Source: Saprospiraceae bacterium
Lineage (GTDB): Bacteria > Bacteroidota > Bacteroidia > Chitinophagales > Saprospiraceae
DNA length: 64,000 bases
Direction: 5' to 3'
NCBI GenBank assembly: GCA_043767025.1
Contig: JAYUHK010000161.1
Span: 54,502-118,501, forward strand
Positions 9,335 through 19,600 of this stretch are shown piece by piece. Each line of letters starts with the position of its first letter. Positions within the stretch are counted from its first letter, which is position 1. Under the pieces are notes generated by a model. The model searched no databases, was not told where the DNA came from, and was given only the letters and a program-made list of their open reading frames with translations. A program made the translations under genes and the position numbers.

Positions 9335-10402
9335 ATGAATCAAAAAATAGAAAATATTTGGCAAAAAAGACCCTTAATTATTAGCGGACCTTGCAGTGCA
9401 GAAACCGAAACACAGGTCATCGAAACAGCGATAAGATTGGCTAAAACGGGTCGCGTAGATATGTTGCGGGCTGGCATCTGGAAGCCGCGCACTCGTCCGG
9501 GAAGTTTTGAAGGAGTCGGCGCAAAAGGTCTGCCTTGGCTGGTAGAAGCGAAAAAAATCACTGGTCTGCCGCTCACAGTGGAGGTGGCGACCGCCAAGCA
9601 GGTGTCGGAAGCACTTGACTCGGGGATAGACGTGCTTTGGATAGGAGCGCGCACGACCGTCAATCCGTTCAGTGTTCAGGAGATAGCGGACGCTTTGAGC
9701 GGCGTAGATATTCCGATTTTGATAAAAAATCCTATCCACCCCGACATTGAGCTTTGGATAGGTGCGGTAGAAAGGATAGCAAAAAGTGGTGTCACAAAAA
9801 TCGGTTTAGTGCATCGTGGTTTTTCTTCTTACGGCAATACAGAATACAGAAATGCGCCGATGTGGCATTTGGCAATAGAGATGATGCGAAGAAATCCTAA
9901 CTTGCTGATGCTCAACGACCCGTCGCATATTTGTGGCAGGCGAGATATACTTCAAAGTGTTGCTCAAAAGGCTATAAACCTAAATTTTGATGGATTGATG
10001 ATAGAAAGTCACATCAATCCAGATGCGGCTTGGAGCGACGCAAAGCAACAAATTACGCCAGAAGTGCTGTCACAAATGTTGGATAATATTCAGTGGCGGC
10101 GCGATGAAATTCCGTCCGAAGAAGTCCACGCAGCTCTGCGCGACTTGCGCCAGCAGATAGACCAATTTGATGAGGAACTTTTGTATATCATCGCGCAGCG
10201 AATGAAAATATCAGAGAAAATAGGTCACTACAAAAAGGAAAATAACGTTACTATTTTGCAAACCGCCAGATGGAATCAAATCCTCGAAAAAGCGTATCGG
10301 ACTTGCGAGCAGCACAATTTGAGTATGGAATTTGTAAAAAAATATTTTGACGCTATCCATCTCGAAAGCATCAATCACCAAAGCAAGGTGATGAACGCTT
10401 GA
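9335..10402 (+). CDS. Bifunctional 3-deoxy-7-phosphoheptulonate synthase / chorismate mutase
   Basis: 355 aa. A type I-beta DAHP synthase body (GPCSAE...KPRT...) is followed by a C-terminal chorismate-mutase helix bundle (LRQQIDQFDEELLYIIAQRMKISEKIG). Confidence 0.85.
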   Translation: MNQKIENIWQKRPLIISGPCSAETETQVIETAIRLAKTGRVDMLRAGIWKPRTRPGSFEGVGAKGLPWLVEAKKITGLPLTVEVATAKQVSEALDSGIDVLWIGARTTVNPFSVQEIADALSGVDIPILIKNPIHPDIELWIGAVERIAKSGVTKIGLVHRGFSSYGNTEYRNAPMWHLAIEMMRRNPNLLMLNDPSHICGRRDILQSVAQKAINLNFDGLMIESHINPDAAWSDAKQQITPEVLSQMLDNIQWRRDEIPSEEVHAALRDLRQQIDQFDEELLYIIAQRMKISEKIGHYKKENNVTILQTARWNQILEKAYRTCEQHNLSMEFVKKYFDAIHLESINHQSKVMNA

Positions 10403-10407
10403 AGCTG

Positions 10408-12144
10408 TTAGTCTTCCCACTGGATTGCAAATTCTGCTACAACTCTCTGATTGTCAGAGGTTAATAAATTTTTTCCTGCGGGCAACATTTCTTCTATCTT
10501 TAATATTTCTTCAGATTTCAGAACCAATTTTTCCCATAAATCCAAGAAAATTGGAATGTCAAAATCTATAAATTGTGGTTTGTAATGATTTTTTTCGTCG
10601 GGCATAAAGATTTCTTGCGGACGAATAGTTAGGAATATTTGACTCGGCACATCTAATTTTAATCGCCACGCTCGGATTTTTTCAAAGAATATTTTGAGCG
10701 TATCGCCACTATTTTTTTTGGGAATACTGTTCTTCGGAACAAACCAAATTTTTCGTTGCAAAATTATTGACTTATCAATTATTATTCTCGGAAAATGAAA
10801 AATATTGGAGTCAAGCAGTATTTTATTTTTTTTATTTTCCTGAAAAATAAATTCTGTTATCGGAGCATCTTGCTCGGCAAAAAGGTTAAAAAAATGGTAC
10901 AATTCATTATTTTGTGACAGTTTTTTGTCATCAATATTGAATATTTTAATTCGTTTTTCGTCTAATTTGTGACATAAAAAAATGCCGAGTGTATTGTCGT
11001 TGCAAATTTCGATATTTTCTATCAAGATTTGATTTTTGTTTTCATTTTTTACACCATTCAACACTATTTCACTTTCAAAAAGTGGCGAAAGTTGCGCAAA
11101 ATCCGCTTGATTGATTGCAGGATTCAGCACCCAAATTTCGTCTTTGGGTGGCGTATTCCACCGATTTTGAAGTACCGAATATTGTTTGGGAAGTAAACCC
11201 AAAAACCTACTAAAGTGCTTTCCGTAGCCGACAGAAATTTGATTGACTACTCCGCACAGTCCGTTTTCGCTATCTCTGAAAAGCTGAATTAGTATAGATT
11301 TTTGACTTTTTTTTGAAAATAATTTTTCACACTGCCGAAATTCTTCGTAATTTTCCAAATAATATGCAAAAAATTCGTGAAAGTCTGTACTTTTATTTGG
11401 AGGATTTAATTTTTTATATTTTAAAACGTACGATTTTAAGTTATTTTCGGCTAAAAAACAAGAAAATTTTGTTACCAAACCGTGAATTTCGAGTTCCGTA
11501 ACGTCAAAATCTGTTTTGACCGCCGTATTTTCATACAGTAAGTGCGCTACATTTGGAACATTGAACTCGGAGTTTTTGGGTAGATTTTCTTGCAAAATCT
11601 GCTGTATTTCGTATTGCGTCGCTATTTTTTTAGAGGTATCGCTTGTTAAAAAAACATCTTTGCAAGGCGTGATTTTAGGGATAAAATTAGTTTGCTCATT
11701 TAGTTTTTGATAATATTCCTCAAAGAAAATTCGGTTGAAATTAATAATCCGAGTGTTCTGAAAATCACCCAAATCAGACAAAAAACAGAGCATCGAAATT
11801 GGAGAAAAAACGCTGAAAGGACTGGATTTGCAAGCAATTCTCGAAATATACACCAACAAAGAGCGCAAAAACTGCCTTTCTTTTTTATTGATTTTGGAAG
11901 TCACACAGTCCCGTCTTTTTACAATCTCTCGCAAAAAAACGTGGCTCGAAAAAATCAATCCATTCTGCAATAAATCGGAATGAACGTAGGACATTAATTG
12001 CTGGCAATTTTGCTCAAAAATAGCATCGAAATCTTCTAAAATCAACTCTCTTCGAGAGTTTTCTGGCGGTACTGCGGAGAGCTTTTCTATCTCCTCAAAC
12101 GAAAATCCTCCCAAGCGGACGAGGACTATTGGTAATATTTTCAT
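10408..12144 (-). CDS. LanB-like protein: lantibiotic dehydratase N-terminal (glutamylation) domain only
   Basis: 578 aa. The motifs KKERQFLRSLLVYISRIACKSSPFSVFS, GYGKHFSRFLG and FPRIIIDKSIILQRKIWFV parallel, from memory, NisB KKLFESIYKYYKRSYLRSTPFGLFS, GGASGRFSAL and IPRLVFDEIVISPAKWKIW. No SpaB_C-like C-terminal domain follows. The ATG lies 1 nt after the HlyD stop codon. Confidence 0.55.
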   Translation of the reverse strand: MKILPIVLVRLGGFSFEEIEKLSAVPPENSRRELILEDFDAIFEQNCQQLMSYVHSDLLQNGLIFSSHVFLREIVKRRDCVTSKINKKERQFLRSLLVYISRIACKSSPFSVFSPISMLCFLSDLGDFQNTRIINFNRIFFEEYYQKLNEQTNFIPKITPCKDVFLTSDTSKKIATQYEIQQILQENLPKNSEFNVPNVAHLLYENTAVKTDFDVTELEIHGLVTKFSCFLAENNLKSYVLKYKKLNPPNKSTDFHEFFAYYLENYEEFRQCEKLFSKKSQKSILIQLFRDSENGLCGVVNQISVGYGKHFSRFLGLLPKQYSVLQNRWNTPPKDEIWVLNPAINQADFAQLSPLFESEIVLNGVKNENKNQILIENIEICNDNTLGIFLCHKLDEKRIKIFNIDDKKLSQNNELYHFFNLFAEQDAPITEFIFQENKKNKILLDSNIFHFPRIIIDKSIILQRKIWFVPKNSIPKKNSGDTLKIFFEKIRAWRLKLDVPSQIFLTIRPQEIFMPDEKNHYKPQFIDFDIPIFLDLWEKLVLKSEEILKIEEMLPAGKNLLTSDNQRVVAEFAIQWED

Positions 12145-12145
12145 G

Positions 12146-13462
12146 TCACAGATTAGAGGGAAAAAATATACTAAATAGTTTTTCTAAAATTCGGTCGGAC
12201 AGTCTTTTGTTCTCTATTACAATGTCACAAAAACCCATTAATTGTTGTTCAGGTATAATTTCCTTTTGGAAGCTGGTTTTCAAGCCATTAGGTAGTATTA
12301 CTTTGATAAAATACTGATTATTTTTGGGCAAAAGCGATTTGGACTCTACTTTACCGTCTAAAATACCATACTCTTGGAAAGGATAATTTTCTAATTTTAT
12401 CACCGCTCGTTGCCCGGATTTTACCTTACTCGACCCTGCGCTGGGCAGATAAATTCGCCCTACCATGTCTGACCGATGGTCGAGTTGGGAACTGTCAGGA
12501 ATGATAGCTAAAAGTTCGTCGCCTGACTTGATATTTTGTTGTTCGGCTCGAAAATTATAGAAAGAAACGACTCCTGCGGCAGGCGCGGAAAGTAAATAAT
12601 TCTGTTTCCACTCCGCCAATTTACCTTCCAAACGGCGGATTGATTCTCGGATTTTACTCCGTTTAGAATTATCATTTTCGCTCTTTGACTGACTGATAAT
12701 CAGCTTTTTAGCTTGAAGCTGCTCTACCTCTTTTTGTTTTTCAAGGATATTGAGTCCCAATATTTTCAGTTCTTTTTCTTTGGCGTATTCCTCTTTTTTG
12801 GCATCTTCCAAGTCATATTGTTTTAAGATACCGTCGGCATATAATTTTTGAGAATCTTTGAACCTTTTTTGCGCCAACTCGTAGTCCTTGCGATTTATTT
12901 TTTCTAAATCTTGGAGTTTTTCGATGCCTTTTTGTATAATAGTTATCTGTTCGTTGAGTTGGGTGGAGTTCGAAATGTCAAATTTTTCGGTTGTCAAAAA
13001 ATCATAATCTGACATATTTTGGAGCAACTCCGAAAATTCACCTTGAATGTCACCCAACTGCCATTTTTTAGAAAATAAATAATTATTTTTAGGAATTTTT
13101 TCGCCCGATTGTAACTCATTTAAGATGTTATCCAATCGCATTACGTCATCATAATCGGCAGTATTCTGCAATAAAATTAATCGCTGCCCGACGCTTACTT
13201 TTTGGCGGTCTGCGACCAATAATTTTTCTAAACGCCCCGATGTGCGCGCTACCAACACGACAGGCGCAGTTTCTGATGACAGCACGATAGGTGCGGAAAT
13301 TACTTCGGGATATTTTATCCACCAGACTACAAAAAAAAGTGCAGCGATGGCAGCACCGATGCACAAAGTCCCCCAGCGAAGCAGCCACGACGGCGGTTTG
13401 CTCAGCAACTCCTCGACTTCTTCACTTCTGATATTTATTTTTTTTGACAGCATTTTACTCAC
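12146..13462 (-). CDS. HlyD-family secretion (membrane fusion/adaptor) protein
   Basis: 438 aa. Has one N-terminal TM helix (WGTLCIGAAIAALFFVVWW), a long coiled-coil middle and beta-barrel ends, the architecture of bacteriocin-type HlyD/LcnD adaptors. Confidence 0.8.
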   Translation of the reverse strand: MSKMLSKKINIRSEEVEELLSKPPSWLLRWGTLCIGAAIAALFFVVWWIKYPEVISAPIVLSSETAPVVLVARTSGRLEKLLVADRQKVSVGQRLILLQNTADYDDVMRLDNILNELQSGEKIPKNNYLFSKKWQLGDIQGEFSELLQNMSDYDFLTTEKFDISNSTQLNEQITIIQKGIEKLQDLEKINRKDYELAQKRFKDSQKLYADGILKQYDLEDAKKEEYAKEKELKILGLNILEKQKEVEQLQAKKLIISQSKSENDNSKRSKIRESIRRLEGKLAEWKQNYLLSAPAAGVVSFYNFRAEQQNIKSGDELLAIIPDSSQLDHRSDMVGRIYLPSAGSSKVKSGQRAVIKLENYPFQEYGILDGKVESKSLLPKNNQYFIKVILPNGLKTSFQKEIIPEQQLMGFCDIVIENKRLSDRILEKLFSIFFPSNL

Positions 13463-13515
13463 TTTTTAATAACATTATCCAATAATTGCGCCTAAATTGC
13501 AAAATTAATTCTAAA

Positions 13516-13539
13516 TTGTTTTGGTTTGTACCAAAACAA
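13516..13539. promoter_or_regulatory. Perfect 10-bp inverted repeat (TTGTTTTGGT-ttgt-ACCAAAACAA) in the divergent promoter region
   Basis: Read directly from the sequence. It sits 3 nt upstream of a TAATTTTG -7-like box, between the HlyD/LanB-like operon and the giant adhesin gene. Confidence 0.4.
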
Positions 13540-13542
13540 TGA

Positions 13543-13550
13543 TAATTTTG
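13543..13550 (+). promoter_or_regulatory. Putative -7 promoter box (TAATTTTG) for the 2591-aa adhesin gene
   Basis: Matches TAnnTTTG, about 104 nt upstream of the ATG at 13654. Confidence 0.3.
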
Positions 13551-13653
13551 TAATCTAATCCAACCTTAACGCAGGATTAACGTTTTACTTGCATAGAAGC
13601 AACACATACTATTTTAAAATAAAGTACCCGTTTTACCAAACAATTTTTCAAAC

Positions 13654-16600
13654 ATGAAGCACATTTTACTATTATTAATTGTTTTTTTGTCTTTTTTTAT
13701 AGCTACAGAGTTACGAGCGCAATGCGGCTCTCCCATGGCGGGTGGGATAGGAGAGACCTGCGCCAATCCCGCATCTGCCTGTCTGAATGGACTTATTAGC
13801 AATAATTACGGTTTTTCGGGCGCGGGGGGGGTAGATATTCCCGGCTGTCTCACGATTCAAAATGATGTGTATATATCGTTCACGGTAGATCCTGCGTTTG
13901 CAGGTGGCTCAATTAATTTTCAAATTGATTTAGCAGGCTGTACTGGCGGTGGGAATGGCCTTCAGGCAGCAATCTATCCAATAGGTGCCTGCAATAGTAC
14001 TCCACTTGATTGTAATCAGGGTTCTCCCGTCAGCTTTTCAATAGGAGGCAATGTCAGTTTTGTACCCGGTAATACTTATATTTTAATGCTTGACGGTGTG
14101 TCTGGTTCTCAATGTGGTTACACGATTACTGCTAATCCTACAAACTCAATAGTGCCGCCGCCAGATGTGTTCAACGGGCTCGCTATTGGTCCTATGTCGC
14201 CTGCCAATGCGATTATATCCTGTGCTGACCCTGTTCCAGACCTTCCAATCAAATATTCTATACCGCCTGTTGCTTGTGCAACCACCTATCACTGGTATAT
14301 AATGGGTTCTTCGGGGTCAGGTGGGACAGCCAGTATCATGGGTATTGGTATTGCTGCTAACACATCACAGTCCGGTATGAACATCAACACGACAGGTACC
14401 ACAGGCGCAGCAGTGAACTTAAGTATTTCGGGGAATACGGCGGGAACTTTCAAGTTGTGTGTGGAGGCTGGAAACGGGTGTAACTATACGCCGCCATTGT
14501 GCAAAGATGTAACTATCAAGACTCCGCCCGTAGATACGTCTGCTGTTCTTTATTTTTGCCCCAACGTGTCATCTTGGAATGGAACAGGTCGCCTACCTAC
14601 GCCAAGGTTTCCTGCTACTCTGCCGGGTGCTCCTTTTAGCATAACCACTTCTTTTCCCGGTTCCAATCTTTATACAGTACAAGTAAAAGATGCTCAAAAT
14701 TGCCCGTTTAATGTAGATTTAGATTTAAGAAAATATTCTGAAGCAGACTATTCGAGAGATTTGGGAGAGATTCCACTCTGCAAAAATCAAACAGTTACAA
14801 TTTGCGGAACGGCTTACAGCCAAGCGACACCAGGCGGAAAGGTTGTCATCTGCCCTGTTCCTGCGGGTTCTTTGCCTCCTAAATGCGACACGACAAAATC
14901 CTTTTTCATAACGCCAATTATTATTAATCCGATAATTATTCCCGCAAGTGTGACGAAGGCTTGCCCAAATTCTGTGGTGCGTTTGAGTGGTGCTACTTCC
15001 ACATGGCTGCCGAATTTAGGCGGCAATCAGATAGTTACTTACACATGGTTTAAAGGAGCGGCGATAATTCCGGGAGCTACGGATTCTTTTTACAATGTTC
15101 CTGCAGGCGATGTATTGACAGGCTCGCAAGTCTATATGTTTGTCATTACCTATAAGTATAATTATTTTGGACCCGATGGGACGACTCCCTTAACCAAAAC
15201 TTGTACGGAGATGACAACCGCCACTGTCAGTGCTTCGGTTGCACCCTCGCCACAAACACCGGTCATCACGGGAGCAGGTTCGTACTGCAACGGCGGCACG
15301 TACACCTTTACCATCTCCAATTACAACGGGACGGACATCATTGCGTGGAAAATAAATGGTGTGACAGTACCCAACAACATTACGAACAGCGTAACGTTTC
15401 AAGTCAGCGCGCCCAATGACGTGATAACTGCCGTTGCATCCAACCAATGCGGCTCTGCGAGTGCGGTCGGCACGCTGACGATTAACATTCAAAACTCGGT
15501 TGCTGCGCCTATCATCGGCGGACAAGACACGGTTTGTCGGGCTTCTGTTCAGAGCTATTGCATCACCAATCCCGACCCTTTGGGAACATATACATGGCAG
15601 TTGCCGGCGGGGGTGACGAGTGTAGCAGGACCGGGCGCGAACTGCATCACGGCGACCATCGGAGCGAGTGCCGTGAGCGGCGACAGCGTCTGCGTGACGG
15701 CGGTAGATAATTGCGGCACCAAACGCACCTGCAAAGGACTTATCATCAAAAACGTTCCTGCTGCTCCGACGCTCATCAACGGCAGTAAAGTAGTTTGTAG
15801 CGGCGACACGATTACTTACAGCACTCCCGCTATTGCGGAGGCTTCGCAATACGTTTGGACGGTGACAGGCGGGACGATAAATGCGGGACAAAACTCTGGG
15901 ACTATCAAAGTTATCTGGGGTGTGAATACGGTAGGAAAAGTATGTGTAAAGAGCAAAAACACCTGCGGCAACAGCGCGGATTTTTGTGAAAATATTGTGA
16001 TAGGAATGCCACCTGTGCCGCCGGTTTTGTTTGGCAAATCGACGGCTTGCTTGGGCGAAGTAGTTATTTACAAAGTAGATACGCTTCGCAATGGCGTTAC
16101 TTACACATGGACTGTGACTGGCGGCGGGACGATAATTCCGTTTCCCACATCGGATTCTATCAAAGTAAACTGGACCAATCCGGGTGTGTCAGAAAAAGTA
16201 TGTGTAAAAGCGACAAATTTTTGCGGGAGCGTAGATGTTTGTGTATTGGTGGTAGTGAATGCGATACCAGTTGCCAATGCGGGCGTTGCGTTGGACACGG
16301 TTTGTGGGTTTCAGTACAATTTGGTGGGAACAAAAAACATTCCTGCCAGCGATTTATTATGGACGGTAAAAAGCAAGCCCGCCGGCTCGAGCGTTATATT
16401 TGGCAACGCTACATCTGCTGCGACGGCGGTGACGGTAGATAAATGCGGCTCTTACATTTTCCAGTTGAAAGAGAACAACAACGGGTGTTTGGATTCCGCC
16501 GTTACGACGGTTATTTTTAGTGAGCCGCCGGTTATCAACCAGTTGCTTGCCACCTGTGCGGGCAATAAATTGACGTATGTAGTTACGTTCAGCATCAACG

Positions 16601-19600
16601 GCTGCTCTGCGCCGTTCACGGTGACGGGCATGACAGGGGGTGCGGTAGTTGGCAACAACTTCACGTCCAACTCTATTCCGAGCGGGACTATCAATTACAG
16701 TTACAGCGTGAAAGACGCTTACGGCTGCGAGGTGCTGGCGCAAGGGCTAAAGAATTGCCAGTGCATAACGAATGCGGGGACGATGAGCGCGACGCAGTTG
16801 GAGGCTTGCGAAAGCGGGACGGTTGCGGGAGTTTTTGTTGGCGGCTTCGCCAATGACGGCAACGACGTACAGCAATTCGCGCTCCACAATGGATTTTTTG
16901 CGTCCACCAACCAAGCGTTTGCGATTAACAACACGGGTATTTTTGGATTTGCTGCACCGATGCAGTACGAAACGACCTATTACATATCGTCTATTGCGGG
17001 GAATAACAAAGGCGGAGGGATAGTAGATACGACCGATAATTGCTTGTCTGTGTCGCCGGGTCAGCCTGTTATTTTCCACAAAAACCCGACACCAAAAGCA
17101 GGCATGAAGGACAGTATTTGTGGCAAAACATTTACTTTCGCGGCGATAAAAGATGTTGCGGGCGCGGTGGGAACATGGACTTTGCTTTCTGGAGCGGGGT
17201 CGGTAGTGAGTTACACGCCCGATGCGAACACGCCGACGGCGGAGGTAAAAGTGACAGCATTTGGGAATTACAAATTCAAGTGGGAGGAGAACAATTCGGG
17301 TTGCAAGGGCAGCGACAGCGTAGCGGTGACTTTTTTGCCTGATGATTTGGACGCAGTCCATGTGTCGTATCTGTGTGACCTGCCGGGCGAGTTTTACCAA
17401 GACAGCATCAAAATAACAGGCGGCACTCCGCCGTTCACGATATTGGACAAGCGAACAGGCTTGACGTACATATACAGTGATTTGAGCAATTTTTATGAAA
17501 CGCCCAAAGTGCCTACCAGCACTCGGGATACATTTTTAATCACTGATTTTTACGGCTGCAAGACAGATACGGTAAAAACGTTCAAAGTTTGCGACTGTAA
17601 GACGGAGGTTGTGAGCGTATCTATATTGAACCCAATTCTATGCGAGTTGGACATGGTGCGAGGCAAAGGAGTTGGGACAAAAGACAACAACGATATTGAC
17701 GAATACTATTTGAGTGCGACGGCAGACCCCGTTAGTGACGGCAAATTAGCGATCAATAAGACAGGAACGTTCAGTCTTCTTGCGGGAATGAACTGCGGGA
17801 CGACTTATTATTTGAGCTATGCTATCGGCAATGCGGACACGGCATTGGCGAACATTGGTCACGTCAATTTTACAGACGACCCTTGCGCGTCTATCAAAAC
17901 CATTCCGTTTATTTTCAACTGTCAGCCGATAGTATATGCGGGATTGGACGACACGATTTGCGATGTAAATTATGTGTTGCAAGGCACTATCAACATCGGA
18001 AAAGGGACATGGCGAGTGATTAGCAAACCTACGAATGGGGTGGCGACATTTTCCAATCCAAACTTTAAAAACTCCAACGTGTCGGTGGACAGTTGCGGCG
18101 AGTACGAGTTGGAGTGGCGTGGGGACAACAACGGCTGCGTGGATATAGATTCGGTAAAAATCACCTTTGGGAAAGTCCCTATTGTTGGTCATACGACGGC
18201 ACAAAACCAGAGCCATACTGGATTTTCGGTAACGTTGAGCATCAACGGCTGCAACCAACCGTTTCGCGTGAATACTTCGGTTATTGCGGGTTCGGTTTAT
18301 ACGTCGGGTATTTTGGGCTGCTCGCCGGATTCGATGTCGCACTACAGTTTTGAGGTTCAAGACAAGTACGGCTGTACGGCGAGCGTGGTGGATTCTATCG
18401 CCTGCGTTTGCACGTCCGATGCGGGAGTACTATTGGTAGGTTCGTTGTTGTCAGTGTGCCAAAGCGACAGCATCAGAATTGCGCCGTTGCTGCAACCTAA
18501 CACAGGTGCGATGGACCCCAACGACCAAATGGAATACATACTTTCGGACAAATGCGGCGTTCACGGCGCGGTGATATATCAGAGAAACAAGAGCGGAAAA
18601 TTTGTGTATCAAGCACCGTTGGTGTTGGGGACGACGTATTTTGCGTATAAAATCGTGGGGGACTCCACGCCGAGCAGTCAGGTGAATATCACGGATTTGT
18701 GTTTGGACTCTACGGCGTGCCAATCGGTTCGGTTCATTGAAAACCCGATTCCGAAGGCAGGCGGGGACGATTCGATATGCGGACTGACGTATGTGCTGCG
18801 CGCGATACCGAGTGTAGGGACAGGCGTGTGGCGGCAGGTGACGGGAGCGGGGACGAGTATTTTCAACGACAACACGCTTGCAGGAGCTACGGTCAGCGTG
18901 TCGGTTTGCGGAGTTTATACATACGAATGGAAAGAAGACAACCTTTCGTGCATAAAAAGCGATACGGTAAAAATCATATTCAGCGAGCCGCCGACGGTGA
19001 GCAATTTGAAAGACAGTTGTAATAATATTTACACAGGATATTTTGTAAAATTCAATCTGCAAGGCTGCGGCAGCCCGTACAAAATCGTTGGGACGAACAA
19101 CACCAACGTCACAACGGTAGCGGGTAATTTCGTTTCGCCGTTAATTCCTGCGGACAGTTTGAATTACAAATTCACGATTACGGACATCTATGGTTGTAAA
19201 AAAATAATTACGGGGACGAAGAATTGTATTTGTGTGGGAACATTTGCTGGCACATTTGGCGGAGCGATCATAAAACAATGCGTAGATGCGACGGGCGGCG
19301 GCACGATTAGTGTTTCAGCGAATCTGCCGAGTGTAAAATTAGATGCCAACGACGGGATAGAGTATATATTGACCGATTCGTGCCTTTCGCCGCGTCGGGT
19401 TGGGAATGTTATTTCGAGAAATAAGACGGGAACTTTCGGATTTTCGGGTGGCATGATTTACGGCAAAACGTACTACATCGCGCTCGTAGTGGGCGACACG
19501 CTGCTCAACGGACAAGTAAAACTTGATACGACGATGAACCGTTGTTTAGATGTTCGCTGCCAGCCTGTTGTATTTTACCAATGTCCGAACACGTTGTGCC

